Positions 10,578-19,947 of a DNA stretch of 64,000 nt are shown here, one piece after another (position 1 is the stretch's first letter; each line of letters begins with the position of its first letter). This stretch comes from Candidatus Moraniibacteriota bacterium (GTDB lineage: Bacteria > Patescibacteriota > Minisyncoccia > Moranbacterales > JAPLXC01). Under the pieces are notes generated by a model. The model did no database searches. It was not told where the DNA came from and saw only the letters and a list, made by a program, of their open reading frames with translations. Both the position numbers and the translations under genes were made by a program. The stretch lies in the NCBI GenBank assembly GCA_026396275.1, contig JAPLXC010000004.1, positions 1,193 to 65,192 on the forward strand, read 5' to 3'.

Positions 10578-12407
10578 ATGTGCGGAATTATTGGCTACAC
10601 CGGAAAACAAAACGCAGCCCCTATTCTAATTGAAGGACTAAAACGTCTTGAGTACCGCGGCTATGACAGCGCCGGCTTAGCAGTGGTTAATAATGGAAAA
10701 ATTTTTGAGTCCAAAGCAGTCGGTAAAGTGGCAGAACTCGAAAATAAAATAAACGGGAAAAATATTTCCGGAACTGCCGGCATTGCTCATACCCGCTGGG
10801 CGACTCACGGGAAACCCAGCGATCAAAACTCGCATCCTCATAGTGATTGCCGGGGTGAAATTTATCTGGTTCACAATGGAATTATCGAAAACTACAAGGA
10901 GTTAAAAGACAAGCTTGCTAAAAAAGGTCACAAATTTTCTTCAGAAACGGACAGTGAAATTATTGCCCACCTTATTGAAGAACTGACCAAAAAAATGGAT
11001 TTTGAAGAAGCAGTTATTGAAGCGCTTAAAAATCTAAAAGGTACTTATGGCTTGGCAATCATAAATAAAAAATTTCCAAGAAGAATTATCGCCGCCAGAA
11101 TGGGAAGTCCCTTAGTAATCGGTCTGGGCCACAATGAAAATATTATCGCTTCGGATGTTTCGGCCATAGTGCGGCATACGGATAAAGTAATTTATCTTGA
11201 AGATGGAGAGGTGGCAACAATCGAGCCGGATAATTACGAAGTAACAAACATCAAAAAGCAAAAAGTTGACAAGAAAATAACAAAACTTGATTGGACGATT
11301 GAAAAGGCCCAGAAGGGGGGATTTGCCCATTTTATGCTCAAAGAAATTTTTGAGCAGCCGGAAGTGGTAGGAAACGCCACTCGTGGGCGATTGGTTGTTC
11401 CTGAAGGAATGGCGAAACTTGGGGGCCTGCGTGATGTTTCTGAAAGATTGCGGGAGTTGGAGAGAATAATCATAGTCAGTTGTGGAACATCATATTATGC
11501 CGGACTGGTCGGAGAATATATGCTGGAAGAATATGCCGGGATTCCCGTTGAAGTAGAATACGCCAGCGAATTCCGTTATCGCAAGCCAATTCTTGATAAA
11601 AACACGGCAGTACTGGCCATTTCCCAATCGGGAGAAACAGCTGATACTTTAGCTGCCATTCGGGAGGCAAAAAACAAAGGAGCGCTGACTCTCGGAATTG
11701 TAAATGTCGTTGGGTCAACTATTGCCCGTGAAACAGACGCTGGGGTCTACAATCATGCCGGTCCGGAAATTGGAGTAGCTTCAACGAAGTCGCTTACCTC
11801 GCAGTTAAGCGTTTTAGTACTGATAACCTTGCTTATGGGGCGCCAAAGAGCAATGTCATATGTTATGGGAAAAAGAATTGCCAGTGAAATGGCAAAAATC
11901 CCCAAACTTATTTCGACGATTCTCAAAAAATCAAACGAGGTTAAAAAAATTGCCAAGAAATACGCAAAATACGAAAACTTTTTGTATATGGGAAGAAAAT
12001 ATAATTATCCGATTGCCTGCGAAGGAGCACTCAAGATTAAAGAAATTTCCTATATCCACGCCGAGGGCTACCCGTCAGGTGAGATGAAACACGGACCAAT
12101 CGCCCTAATTTCCGAAAATTTCCCTTCAGTGTTTATAGTTCCCCGTGACAGCGTTTACGAAAAAAACCTAAGCGGAATGCAGGAAATTAAAGCCAGAGAA
12201 GGTTCCATTATCACCGTAGCTACGCAAGGTGACAAAAAAATCAGAAAAATCGCCGATGACGTTATTTATATTCCTAAGACACTGGAGATGCTTACTCCAC
12301 TTTTATCAATTGTTCCATTACAACTGCTGGCTTACTATGTAGGAACTCTCAAGGGCTACGATGTTGATAAGCCGAGAAATTTGGCAAAAAGTGTGACGGT
12401 TGAGTAG
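10578..12407 (+). CDS. glmS: Glutamine-fructose-6-phosphate transaminase
   Basis: MCGIIG, HTRWATHG, SQSGET, PRNLAKSVTVE. Confidence 0.97.
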   Translation: MCGIIGYTGKQNAAPILIEGLKRLEYRGYDSAGLAVVNNGKIFESKAVGKVAELENKINGKNISGTAGIAHTRWATHGKPSDQNSHPHSDCRGEIYLVHNGIIENYKELKDKLAKKGHKFSSETDSEIIAHLIEELTKKMDFEEAVIEALKNLKGTYGLAIINKKFPRRIIAARMGSPLVIGLGHNENIIASDVSAIVRHTDKVIYLEDGEVATIEPDNYEVTNIKKQKVDKKITKLDWTIEKAQKGGFAHFMLKEIFEQPEVVGNATRGRLVVPEGMAKLGGLRDVSERLRELERIIIVSCGTSYYAGLVGEYMLEEYAGIPVEVEYASEFRYRKPILDKNTAVLAISQSGETADTLAAIREAKNKGALTLGIVNVVGSTIARETDAGVYNHAGPEIGVASTKSLTSQLSVLVLITLLMGRQRAMSYVMGKRIASEMAKIPKLISTILKKSNEVKKIAKKYAKYENFLYMGRKYNYPIACEGALKIKEISYIHAEGYPSGEMKHGPIALISENFPSVFIVPRDSVYEKNLSGMQEIKAREGSIITVATQGDKKIRKIADDVIYIPKTLEMLTPLLSIVPLQLLAYYVGTLKGYDVDKPRNLAKSVTVE

Positions 12408-12567
12408 ATTATAGTGTTATCCCTTAAGGAACAGCGACTTTACGGTGTGAATAAAACGAATCTTACAAAAAAGATCAGGCGAGAACCCTGTTCTTTAATT
12501 TTCTTAATATTTAGATTATTCCACTTGGCAACGATCGCGGCTATCTGGAATAATCAGTTTTTTTACT

Positions 12568-13011
12568 TTATTCTCCGATAATCTGCAAAGCGATTTTTCG
12601 CGGGCGGGAACGGTCAAGTTCTACGGCAAAAATTCTTTGCCAAGTTCCCAGTTGAAGCTGATTCTTAACGATGTTGAGAAAAGTCGAAGTGGGGAGATGA
12701 ATGGATTTCACGTGAGCGTGGCCGTTGGAGCATTCATTGTCGCACATGTTAACAGTACGGATTTCAAAATTGTCGTGAAGATATTTATAGGTTCGGGGCG
12801 CCAATCTTTCCAAAAGCACTTTCATGTCCTTGATGAGCAATGGTTCAGCTTCGTTGACGATAATGGCCATGGTAGTATGGAGCGACTGGATATTTATCAC
12901 TCCGTTTTTGATACCGGCTTCTTTTATTTTCTTCTGGATTTTTTCGGTGACGTCGATGAAATCCAGAGTAGCGTTAGTCTTAAGGTTAATAATGTGATTA
13001 ATGATTTTCAT
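12568..13011 (-). CDS. yjbQ: YjbQ/UPF0047 family protein
   Basis: HTT..I.VNE, NGHAH.K, LGTWQ.I..ELD. Confidence 0.85.
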   Translation of the reverse strand: MKIINHIINLKTNATLDFIDVTEKIQKKIKEAGIKNGVINIQSLHTTMAIIVNEAEPLLIKDMKVLLERLAPRTYKYLHDNFEIRTVNMCDNECSNGHAHVKSIHLPTSTFLNIVKNQLQLGTWQRIFAVELDRSRPRKIALQIIGE

Positions 13012-13128
13012 AGCTGTGCTTAATTATTATAATATCCGTTATTATAATCCTTTTTGGATAGAATTTAAAGATTTTGTCAAGATGGCAATGATTTTGATTT
13101 TTCCTTGAATTAACAATATAATGGCCTT

Positions 13129-13965
13129 ATGCTAAGCGAAGTTTTGCAATCAGTAGTGCTGGGAGTTGTACAGGGATTAGGAGAGTTTTTGCCAATTTCT
13201 TCAACGGCCCATTTAATACTTGTACCCTATTTTTTCTGCTGGAAAGATCTGGGATTGGCTTTTGACGTGGCGCTGCATATCGGGACGCTCATTGCCGTAT
13301 TAGCATATTTTTATTCTGATTGGATTAAAATTTTTGATCTGGCGATTGATAATTTAAAATTAAAAAAAGCAATTTGCAATAATTCACTATCCCGCGGCCG
13401 CGGGATAATGTACAATCGGAATTTATTGTGGTTTTTGGTTATTGCCACCATCCCTGGGATACTAGCTGGATATTTTTTGGAAGAAAAAGCGGAAACAATT
13501 TTTCGCAGTCCCTTGCTTATCGCGTTCACGCTGGCTTTTTTTGGACTCATACTCTATCTGGTTGACCGCCGCGTTCAGCATAAAAAAACACTGGGAGAAA
13601 TCACTTCTTTAGATTCAATTATTATCGGCCTCTCTCAAGCCATAGCTATTATTCCGGGAATTTCTCGATCCGGTGCCACTATTACGGCGGGGCTTTTCCA
13701 AAAATTGGACCGGGTAAATGCTGCTCGGTTTTCATTTCTTCTTTCCACTCCGATAATTTTCGGGGCGGCAGTGTTTAAGCTTCCTCACCTTTTTCGCGAA
13801 GGAATAAATATTGCCATGGCAGTCGGCGTGCTAACCTCCGCCATTAGCGGATACCTAGCGATAAAATATCTTTTGAAATTCGTACAGAAATCAAGCTATG
13901 CAATTTTCTTTTGGTATCGCTTGGTATTGTCACTGGCAATAGTTCTTGTTTATTTTTTGAAGTAG
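13129..13965 (+). CDS. uppP: Undecaprenyl-diphosphate phosphatase
   Basis: QGLGEFLPISSTAH, PGISRSG.T, AARFSFLLS.P. Confidence 0.93.
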   Translation: MLSEVLQSVVLGVVQGLGEFLPISSTAHLILVPYFFCWKDLGLAFDVALHIGTLIAVLAYFYSDWIKIFDLAIDNLKLKKAICNNSLSRGRGIMYNRNLLWFLVIATIPGILAGYFLEEKAETIFRSPLLIAFTLAFFGLILYLVDRRVQHKKTLGEITSLDSIIIGLSQAIAIIPGISRSGATITAGLFQKLDRVNAARFSFLLSTPIIFGAAVFKLPHLFREGINIAMAVGVLTSAISGYLAIKYLLKFVQKSSYAIFFWYRLVLSLAIVLVYFLK

Positions 13966-14014
13966 TTTCGCAGTGGGCACACCAAGATTCGAACTTGGGA
14001 CCTCGTCATTATCA

Positions 14015-14157
14015 GCTTGCCCCGCACTAAAATTCAATCTTTGTTTATACTTTTAGTGGGCGATGGAAGACTCGAACTTCCGACCTCGTCATTATCAGTG
14101 ACGCGCTCTAACCAACTGAGCTAATCGCCCAAATACTTCTTGAATTTTTAGTGCGGG
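14015..14157 (-). mobile_element. CCCG...CGGGGCAAGC palindromic element carrying a tRNA
   Basis: Inverted arms ccccgcactaaaattcaa / ttgaatttttagtgcgggg enclose the inner tRNA. Confidence 0.75.
14057..14130 (-). tRNA. tRNA-Ile(GAT), intact, nested in the interrupted tRNA-Ile
   Basis: GGGCGATTAGCTCAGTTGGTTAGAGCGCGTCACTGATAATGACGAGGTCGGAAGTTCGAGTCTTCCATCGCCCA, full cloverleaf. Confidence 0.95.
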
Positions 14158-14216
14158 GTGAACGCTCTATGCCTGCCGGCAGGCAGGTAACCAACTGAGC
14201 TATGTGCCCTTATCCG

Positions 14217-14289
14217 TGGACCGTGCCGGAATCGAACCGGCTGCCTCCGCAGTGCAAATGCGGCGCTCTACCAGGTGAGCTAACGGCCC
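14217..14289 (-). tRNA. tRNA-Ala(TGC)
   Basis: GGGCCGTTAGCTCACCTGGTAGAGCGCCGCATTTGCACTGCGGAGGCAGCCGGTTCGATTCCGGCACGGTCCA; G3:U70 pair. Confidence 0.95.
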
Positions 14290-14365
14290 TGCGAGAGGCT
14301 TATACTTAATAAAATAACACTAAAAGCTATTATAACCAATTTTTTCAATTTGTCCAGATCCCAAT

Positions 14366-14393
14366 TTGACAAAAAATCTGCTTATTATACAAT
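14366..14393 (+). promoter_or_regulatory. Sigma70-like promoter for secE-nusG
   Basis: TTGACA-16-TACAAT. Confidence 0.55.
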
Positions 14394-14515
14394 AATGTAA
14401 AAGCCCTCGGGGCTTTTTAAAAAAGGGCATAATCTCGAAACCCGCAACCTGAAACCTAAAAATCAACATATCAATATGTTTGAATCCAAATGGTTACAGG
14501 TTACAGGCTACAGGA

Positions 14516-14704
14516 ATGATTAATAAAGTTGTCACATTTATAAAAGAAGCACGGATTGAACTGAAAAAAGTTAACTGGCCGTCAAAAAAGCAAACTATTA
14601 ACTACACACTGATAGTTATTGGAATAAGCTTGGCAGTAGCGGCTTTTTTGGGAGGGCTGGATTATGTGTTTGGATATTTATTGAAGGTATTTATTATCAA
14701 ATAG
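14516..14704 (+). CDS. secE: Preprotein translocase SecE
   Basis: ELKKVNWPS + one TM; start moved to ATG 14516 because upstream is repeat DNA. Confidence 0.93.
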   Translation: MINKVVTFIKEARIELKKVNWPSKKQTINYTLIVIGISLAVAAFLGGLDYVFGYLLKVFIIK

Positions 14705-14799
14705 ATAACTCGAATATCCCGAAAAATTAAACCGAATGACCCGAAAATTTTTTCGAATCATTCGGGTAATAATTCGCAGATTCGGGTTATATTACAAAA

Positions 14800-15345
14800 A
14801 TGGCGAAGCAAACGCAACATCACGGAAGAGCTTGGTATGTAATCCATACTTATTCCGGATATGAAGATAACGTCTCGCGCAATTTGCGCCAGCGTATTGA
14901 ATCAATGGATATGCAGGATTTGATTTTTGACGTGATTGTGCCTAAGGAAAAGAAGATTAAGATTAAAAACGGAAAAAGGGCAGTAATTGAAGAAAGAATT
15001 TATCCCGGCTATGTTCTGGTAGAAATGATCGTGACTGATGCTTCCTGGTACGTGGTGCGCAATACTCCTAATGTAACCGGCTTTATTGGATTGGGAACAA
15101 CTCCGACGCCGGTTGATCCAAAAGAAATAGAACTGCTCAAAAAGCGGATGGGCGTGGCCGAGCCGAAATACAAGATTGACGTGAAGCCGGGAGACGCCGT
15201 GAAAATAAATGATGGACCGTTTAAAGATTTTGACGGTAAAATTCAGGAAGTTGACGAGGAAAAAGGAAAAATCAAAGTGCTAGTATCGATATTTGGAAGA
15301 GAAACACCGGTAGAATTGGACTTTTTACAGGTGAAGAAGATTTAG
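14800..15345 (+). CDS. nusG: Transcription factor NusG
   Basis: WYVIHTYSGYE, YPGYVLV, KOW, FGRETPVELDF. Confidence 0.97.
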   Translation: MAKQTQHHGRAWYVIHTYSGYEDNVSRNLRQRIESMDMQDLIFDVIVPKEKKIKIKNGKRAVIEERIYPGYVLVEMIVTDASWYVVRNTPNVTGFIGLGTTPTPVDPKEIELLKKRMGVAEPKYKIDVKPGDAVKINDGPFKDFDGKIQEVDEEKGKIKVLVSIFGRETPVELDFLQVKKI

Positions 15346-15356
15346 TAGGTATGGCT

Positions 15357-15468
15357 ATCCCGCACCAATTCCGAACATAGTTTTACGTAAAGTAAAGTTA
15401 TATCCACGGAATCGCCTGCGGCTTAGTTCTGGTAATTATTAAATTTTTACAATGAATTAGTGCGGGAT
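15357..15468. mobile_element. 112 bp element with 15 bp terminal inverted repeats (CCCGCAC family)
   Basis: atcccgcaccaattc ... gaattagtgcgggat, one mismatch. Confidence 0.65.
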
Positions 15469-15507
15469 GCTCATTTTTTTAGCTACTCACTACGCTCATA
15501 GACAAAA

Positions 15508-15930
15508 ATGGCAAAGAAAATCAAAACAGTGGTAAAATTGCAAATTCCAGCCGGAAAAGCTACTCCAGCTCCTCCTATTGGGCCGGCCTTAGGCCAGCAT
15601 GGACTGAATATCCAGGATTTTTGCGTGAAATTTAACGAAAAGACAAAAGACAAAGGAGAAGATGTTATTCCAGTGGAAATCACCATTTACGAGGACCGGA
15701 CTTTTGAATTTATTATGAAAACTCCTCCGGCGGCGGAACTTCTCAAAAAAGCGGCTGGCATTGAAAAAGGAGCGGCTAATCCCTTGAAAGACAAGGCGGG
15801 AAAAGTGACCAAAGAGCAAATTCGCCAAATTGCCCAAACCAAAATGGCCGATCTTAATGCCAATGATATTGAAGGAGCGGAAAAAATTGTAGAAGGGACG
15901 GCAAGGAGCATGGGGATAAAAATAGAGTAA
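15508..15930 (+). CDS. rplK: 50S ribosomal protein L11
   Basis: [30 protein letters not shown]. Confidence 0.98.
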   Translation: MAKKIKTVVKLQIPAGKATPAPPIGPALGQHGLNIQDFCVKFNEKTKDKGEDVIPVEITIYEDRTFEFIMKTPPAAELLKKAAGIEKGAANPLKDKAGKVTKEQIRQIAQTKMADLNANDIEGAEKIVEGTARSMGIKIE

Positions 15931-15931
15931 T

Positions 15932-16011
15932 TCTCTACGAAGTACGAACGCCTACGAAACTACGAAAATATAAATTAAAGTTCGTAATTTCGTAAATTTC
16001 GTAATTTGTAG
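15932..16011. repeat. Inverted pair of TACGAA-type tandem arrays
   Basis: four tacgaa units followed by ttcgta units. Confidence 0.8.
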
Positions 16012-16020
16012 ACACATCGT

Positions 16021-16695
16021 ATGAAACGCGGAAAGAAGTATAAAACTGTCGCGGAAAAAATTGATAAGAATAAATCTTATCCTATTGATGAGGCGGTTAA
16101 GCTTGTCAGGGAAAAAAAAATCGCCAAATTCGATGAATCAGTCGAAATTCATATTAAGCTTTCCATTGATACCAAAAAGGGCGAAGAGCAAGTGCGGGGA
16201 ACTGTAGTTCTTCCTCACGGAACGGGAAAAAGCAAAAAGGTGGCGGTCATTACTTCAACCAAGGTAAGGGAAGCCAAAGATGCAAAAGCGGATATTGTCG
16301 GTGGCGAAGAAATGATAACCAAACTAAAAAGCGGAAAATTCAACTTTGATGTTTTAGTAGCCACTCCCGAAATGATGCCGCGCCTGGCTTCAATCGCCAA
16401 GATTCTGGGACCCAAGGGACTGATGCCCAGCCCCAAAACGGAAACCGTTACGGAAAAAGTGAAAGAAACAGTAGAAATGCTTAAAAAAGGAAAAGTCAAT
16501 TTCAAAAACGATGACACTGGAAACATCCATCAAATAATCGGCAAAGTTTCTTTTACTGAGGAGCAGCTCAAAGGAAATTTTGAAGCATTTCTGGAAGCAG
16601 TTAAAAAAGCAAAACCAGCTACAGTGAAAGGAAAATTTATTAAGTCAATTTCAGTTTGTTCCACAATGGGCCCGGGAATTAAAATTGGGATATAG
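16021..16695 (+). CDS. rplA: 50S ribosomal protein L1
   Basis: KFDESVE, RGTVVLPHGTGK, LGPKGLMP.PK, STMGPG. Confidence 0.97.
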   Translation: MKRGKKYKTVAEKIDKNKSYPIDEAVKLVREKKIAKFDESVEIHIKLSIDTKKGEEQVRGTVVLPHGTGKSKKVAVITSTKVREAKDAKADIVGGEEMITKLKSGKFNFDVLVATPEMMPRLASIAKILGPKGLMPSPKTETVTEKVKETVEMLKKGKVNFKNDDTGNIHQIIGKVSFTEEQLKGNFEAFLEAVKKAKPATVKGKFIKSISVCSTMGPGIKIGI

Positions 16696-16716
16696 AATTA
16701 AGAATTATAGATATGC

Positions 16717-16742
16717 AAAAAGATGCTTGAAAGCATCTTTTT
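16717..16742. terminator. Bidirectional intrinsic terminator after rplA
   Basis: aaaaagatgctt-ga-aagcatcttttt. Confidence 0.75.
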
Positions 16743-16749
16743 AAATTTG

Positions 16750-16809
16750 TTGACATTTATGATTTAATATTTTAGGATGTTATGAAGCTCTTTAAAATAA
16801 AAGGGAGGT
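16750..16809 (+). promoter_or_regulatory. Promoter + boxA-like motif + strong SD
   Basis: TTGACA-17-TAGGAT, GCTCTTTAAAA (16787), GGGAGGT. Confidence 0.65.
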
Positions 16810-16814
16810 AAAAA

Positions 16815-17831
16815 ATGAATATAAAGGTAAGGAAGATAAGGGAAGATGCTAAAGTTCCAATTAGGGCATCTGATGGTGCAGTAGGATATGATGTTTTTGC
16901 TTCAAGGGTACTGGATAAATTTACCAAGGAAGTAATTCAGGATTTGCCGGTAGAAATACTTGGTGGCGCTAGTGTATTAATCGGTATTGGAGTAAAAATG
17001 GCTGTGCCCTGGCCGTATGAGTGCCAAGTTAGACCCAGGAGTGGTCTTGCGAGTAAATTTGACATCGAACTTTCTAATTCTCCAGGAACAATAGATCCCG
17101 ACTTCAGGGGCGAAGCAGGTGTTCTTTTGAGAAATAGAGGAAAAGAAACTTTTGTTGTGGAAAAGAATATGAGAATTGCTCAATTAATTTTCTCTAAAGT
17201 CGAAATCCCGATTTTAGAAGAAACGAAAGAGCTCCCTGCAACTAGGAGGGGAACTGGCGGTTTTGGATCAACAGGACTTCATGGAGATGGATTAGGGACT
17301 GATGAATATAATGAATACATAAAAGAAATGGATAGGTATTATATGAGAGTGGTTCTTGCAGTAGCGGATCGCTCCACATGTGTCAGGGGGGTAAAAAAAG
17401 TAAATGGTAAATATGAAAGAGATAAAAAGGGAAAATTGGTTGGCCAGAATCGCAGATTCGGTTGTGTGATTGTGAAGAATGATAATATCCTTGCTCAAGG
17501 TTTTAATGACCAATATTACGGTTCTCCAAAATGTGCTGACGCAGGATGTTTGAGGGAGGAGTTGAATATTCCCTCTGGTACGCAAATTGAAAAATGCAGA
17601 GCAATGCATGCCGAGTGGTGGGCATTCACTAATGCAGGTAAAATGGATAGCTCGCCGACACTTAAAGGTGCTACTGTCTATGTCAATGCGGAACCATGCG
17701 AAATATGCGCAAAGATGATTGTTGGTTTTGAGATTGATACAGTTGTTTTACTAAAAGGTATTTATCCAACTAATGGCATCAGGATTTTAAAAGAAGGAGG
17801 AGTGAATATAAGGTATATTGAAATTAATTAA
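16815..17831 (+). CDS. dUTPase - dCMP deaminase fusion protein
   Basis: N-half: GYD, RPRSGLA, GTIDPDFRGE, RIAQL, RGTGGFGSTG; C-half: HAE and PCEIC Zn deaminase motifs. Confidence 0.9.
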   Translation: MNIKVRKIREDAKVPIRASDGAVGYDVFASRVLDKFTKEVIQDLPVEILGGASVLIGIGVKMAVPWPYECQVRPRSGLASKFDIELSNSPGTIDPDFRGEAGVLLRNRGKETFVVEKNMRIAQLIFSKVEIPILEETKELPATRRGTGGFGSTGLHGDGLGTDEYNEYIKEMDRYYMRVVLAVADRSTCVRGVKKVNGKYERDKKGKLVGQNRRFGCVIVKNDNILAQGFNDQYYGSPKCADAGCLREELNIPSGTQIEKCRAMHAEWWAFTNAGKMDSSPTLKGATVYVNAEPCEICAKMIVGFEIDTVVLLKGIYPTNGIRILKEGGVNIRYIEIN

Positions 17832-17839
17832 GACCTAGA

Positions 17840-17873
17840 AAGGCTCTTAGTTTGAATAAACTAAGAGCTTTTT
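17840..17873 (+). terminator. Intrinsic terminator
   Basis: ggctcttagttt-gaat-aaactaagagct-tttt. Confidence 0.75.
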
Positions 17874-17944
17874 CCTTTATTAAGCCGTTTTTTGACAAGT
17901 TTGGCTAAAGGCGGTACAATGAAATAACTGATTACTAACTTCCT

Positions 17945-18469
17945 ATGGCTAAAAAAGCTTTAAAAAAGAAAAATAAAAAGAGCGAGGAAAAGTATATTCG
18001 TCCGTCTTGGGATGAGTATTTTTTAGATCTAGTAGAAGCTGTTGGAAAAAGAGCTACCTGTGATAGAGGGAGAACAAGCTGTATAATTGTTCGCGAAAAA
18101 AGAATTCTTTCCACCGGTTATGTCGGTTCACCAATCGGAGCCAAGCACTGCGACGATGCGGGGCATGAGATACACACGGTTATCCAAGAGGATGGCACTC
18201 AATCTCGGCATTGCATCAGAACCAGCCACGCGGAGCAGAATGCTATTGCCAATGCTGCCAGATTCGGTATGCCTCTGGAAGGCGGAACACTTTATGCCCA
18301 TATGGCTCCCTGCTACACTTGCGCCAAAATGATTATAAACTCCGGGATAAAAAGAGTGGTCTGCCGGGTTGATTATCATGGCGCCAAACGCGCTAAAGAA
18401 ATTTTCAAGGAATGCGGGATTGAATTTGAACAGATTGAAGATAAAATGCAAACTTATAAAGATATGTAA
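17945..18469 (+). CDS. dCMP deaminase (ComEB-like)
   Basis: RPSWDEYF, RATCDR, HAEQNAI, PCYTC. Confidence 0.92.
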   Translation: MAKKALKKKNKKSEEKYIRPSWDEYFLDLVEAVGKRATCDRGRTSCIIVREKRILSTGYVGSPIGAKHCDDAGHEIHTVIQEDGTQSRHCIRTSHAEQNAIANAARFGMPLEGGTLYAHMAPCYTCAKMIINSGIKRVVCRVDYHGAKRAKEIFKECGIEFEQIEDKMQTYKDM

Positions 18470-18531
18470 TTCAAACGTACTACTTTTTCTGGTGTATGCT
18501 AAAAAAGCAGCACGCTTACAAAAAGTCAAAA

Positions 18532-19083
18532 ATGAGAAAAATAATCGCCATACTTGGATTACCCGGAGCTGGTAAAACCGAAGTTATAAATTATCTTATA
18601 AAAAAATACAACTGGCCGAAAGTTTATTTTGGCGATGTTACTTTTGATGAAGTTAAAAGGCGCGGATTGGAAATAAATGAGAAAAATGAAAGAACGGTGC
18701 GAGAAGATTTGCGCGCAAAATATGGAAGGTTGCATTATGCGTCGCAGGTAATAAAAAAGATTGAAGCGTTGCCGTCCGACACAAATGTCCTTGTGGAGAG
18801 TTTATACGACTGGAGGGAATATCTTTTTTTCAAAGAAAAATTTGGAAAGGAATTTATGACAATTGCGACTTATGCTTCGCCTGAAACTAGGTATGAGAGG
18901 CTGTCAAAAAGGCCAGAAAGGCCATTGACTCCGGAAGTAGCCCAAAGCCGGGATTATGCTCAAATTGAGAATCTTTTTCAAGCCGGACCAATTGCGATGG
19001 CGAATTATACCATAAATAATGAAGGTACATTTGAAGAACTTTATAGTCAGGTTGATGAGATAATAGAAAATATAAATAAATGA
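18532..19083 (+). CDS. P-loop nucleotide kinase (dephospho-CoA/NMP kinase-like)
   Basis: [15 protein letters not shown] lid; start moved to 18532. Confidence 0.75.
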   Translation: MRKIIAILGLPGAGKTEVINYLIKKYNWPKVYFGDVTFDEVKRRGLEINEKNERTVREDLRAKYGRLHYASQVIKKIEALPSDTNVLVESLYDWREYLFFKEKFGKEFMTIATYASPETRYERLSKRPERPLTPEVAQSRDYAQIENLFQAGPIAMANYTINNEGTFEELYSQVDEIIENINK

Positions 19084-19874
19084 AACAATATCTAGATTTA
19101 TTGCAAAAAATAATGGAAGAAGGGGTTAACAAAGAAAATAGAACCGGTATTGATACAAGAAGTATTTTTGGTTATCAATTGCGTTTTAATCTGGAAGAAG
19201 GATTTCCGCTTCTTACGACCAAAAAAATGCATCTGAAGTCCATTATTCACGAACTAATTTGGTTTTTGAAAGGCGAAACGAATATAAAATATCTTCACGA
19301 CAATGGAGTAACGATCTGGGACGAGTGGGCGAATGAAAAAGGGGAACTCGGTCCGGTTTATGGCTATCAATGGCGGCACTGGAAAAAATATGAGGGAGGG
19401 GAAGTTGACCAGATCAGCGAGGCGATTGAAAAAATAAAAAACAAGCCAAATGACCGAAGAATAATAGTGAGCGCCTGGAATGTTGGGGAAATTGAAAAAA
19501 TGGCGCTCCCTCCCTGCCATTTATTATTTCATTTTTATGTAGCCGATGGAAAATTATCCTGTCTAATGTATCAGCGAAGCTGTGATACTTTTCTGGGAGT
19601 GCCGTTCAATATTGCATCTTATGCACTTCTTACTATGATGTTTGCGCAGGTTTGCAGTTTGAAACCGGGAGAATTCGTACATATTTTGGGTGATACCCAT
19701 ATCTATCATAATCATTTTGATCAAGTGAAACTGCAATTAAGCCGGGAACCAAAAAAACTGCCGACTATGAAAATCAATCCGAAAGTGAAAAATATTTTTG
19801 ATTTTAAATACGAAGATTTTACACTGGAAGGATATGATCCCCATCCGGCGATTAAAGCGCCAATCGCGGTTTAG
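19080..19874 (+). CDS. thyA: Thymidylate synthase ThyA
   Basis: NRTG, MALPPCH, YQRSCD.FLGVPFN, GDTHIY. Confidence 0.97.
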   Translation: MKQYLDLLQKIMEEGVNKENRTGIDTRSIFGYQLRFNLEEGFPLLTTKKMHLKSIIHELIWFLKGETNIKYLHDNGVTIWDEWANEKGELGPVYGYQWRHWKKYEGGEVDQISEAIEKIKNKPNDRRIIVSAWNVGEIEKMALPPCHLLFHFYVADGKLSCLMYQRSCDTFLGVPFNIASYALLTMMFAQVCSLKPGEFVHILGDTHIYHNHFDQVKLQLSREPKKLPTMKINPKVKNIFDFKYEDFTLEGYDPHPAIKAPIAV

Positions 19875-19877
19875 AAA

Positions 19878-19935
19878 TGTCACTCCGGGCTTGATCCGGA
19901 ATCTAATTAGATTCTGAAACAAGTTCAGAATGACA
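19878..19935. repeat. GTCATTCC-family palindromic element
   Basis: tgtcactccgggcttgatccggaatc...ttcagaatgaca. Confidence 0.8.
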
Positions 19936-19947
19936 TATTAAAATGTA

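Larger units (their letters stand above)
13974..14209 (-). pseudogene. Interrupted tRNA-Ile(GAT): 18-20 nt insert in D-loop and ~140 nt element in anticodon arm
   Basis: Minus strand: GGGCACATAGCTCAGTTGGTTA[..]GAGCGTTCAC[..]TGATAATGACGAGGTCCCAAGTTCGAATCTTGGTGTGCCCA; acceptor and T stems pair. Confidence 0.85.

Noticed and set aside
12408-12567. Possible ncRNA between glmS and yjbQ
   Set aside because: No convincing structure or known motif; the 30 nt gap before glmS also excludes a glmS ribozyme
14015-14157. Group I/II or BHB-type tRNA intron
   Set aside because: Too short once the inner tRNA is removed, no ribozyme core seen, and the outer anticodon stem no longer pairs fully
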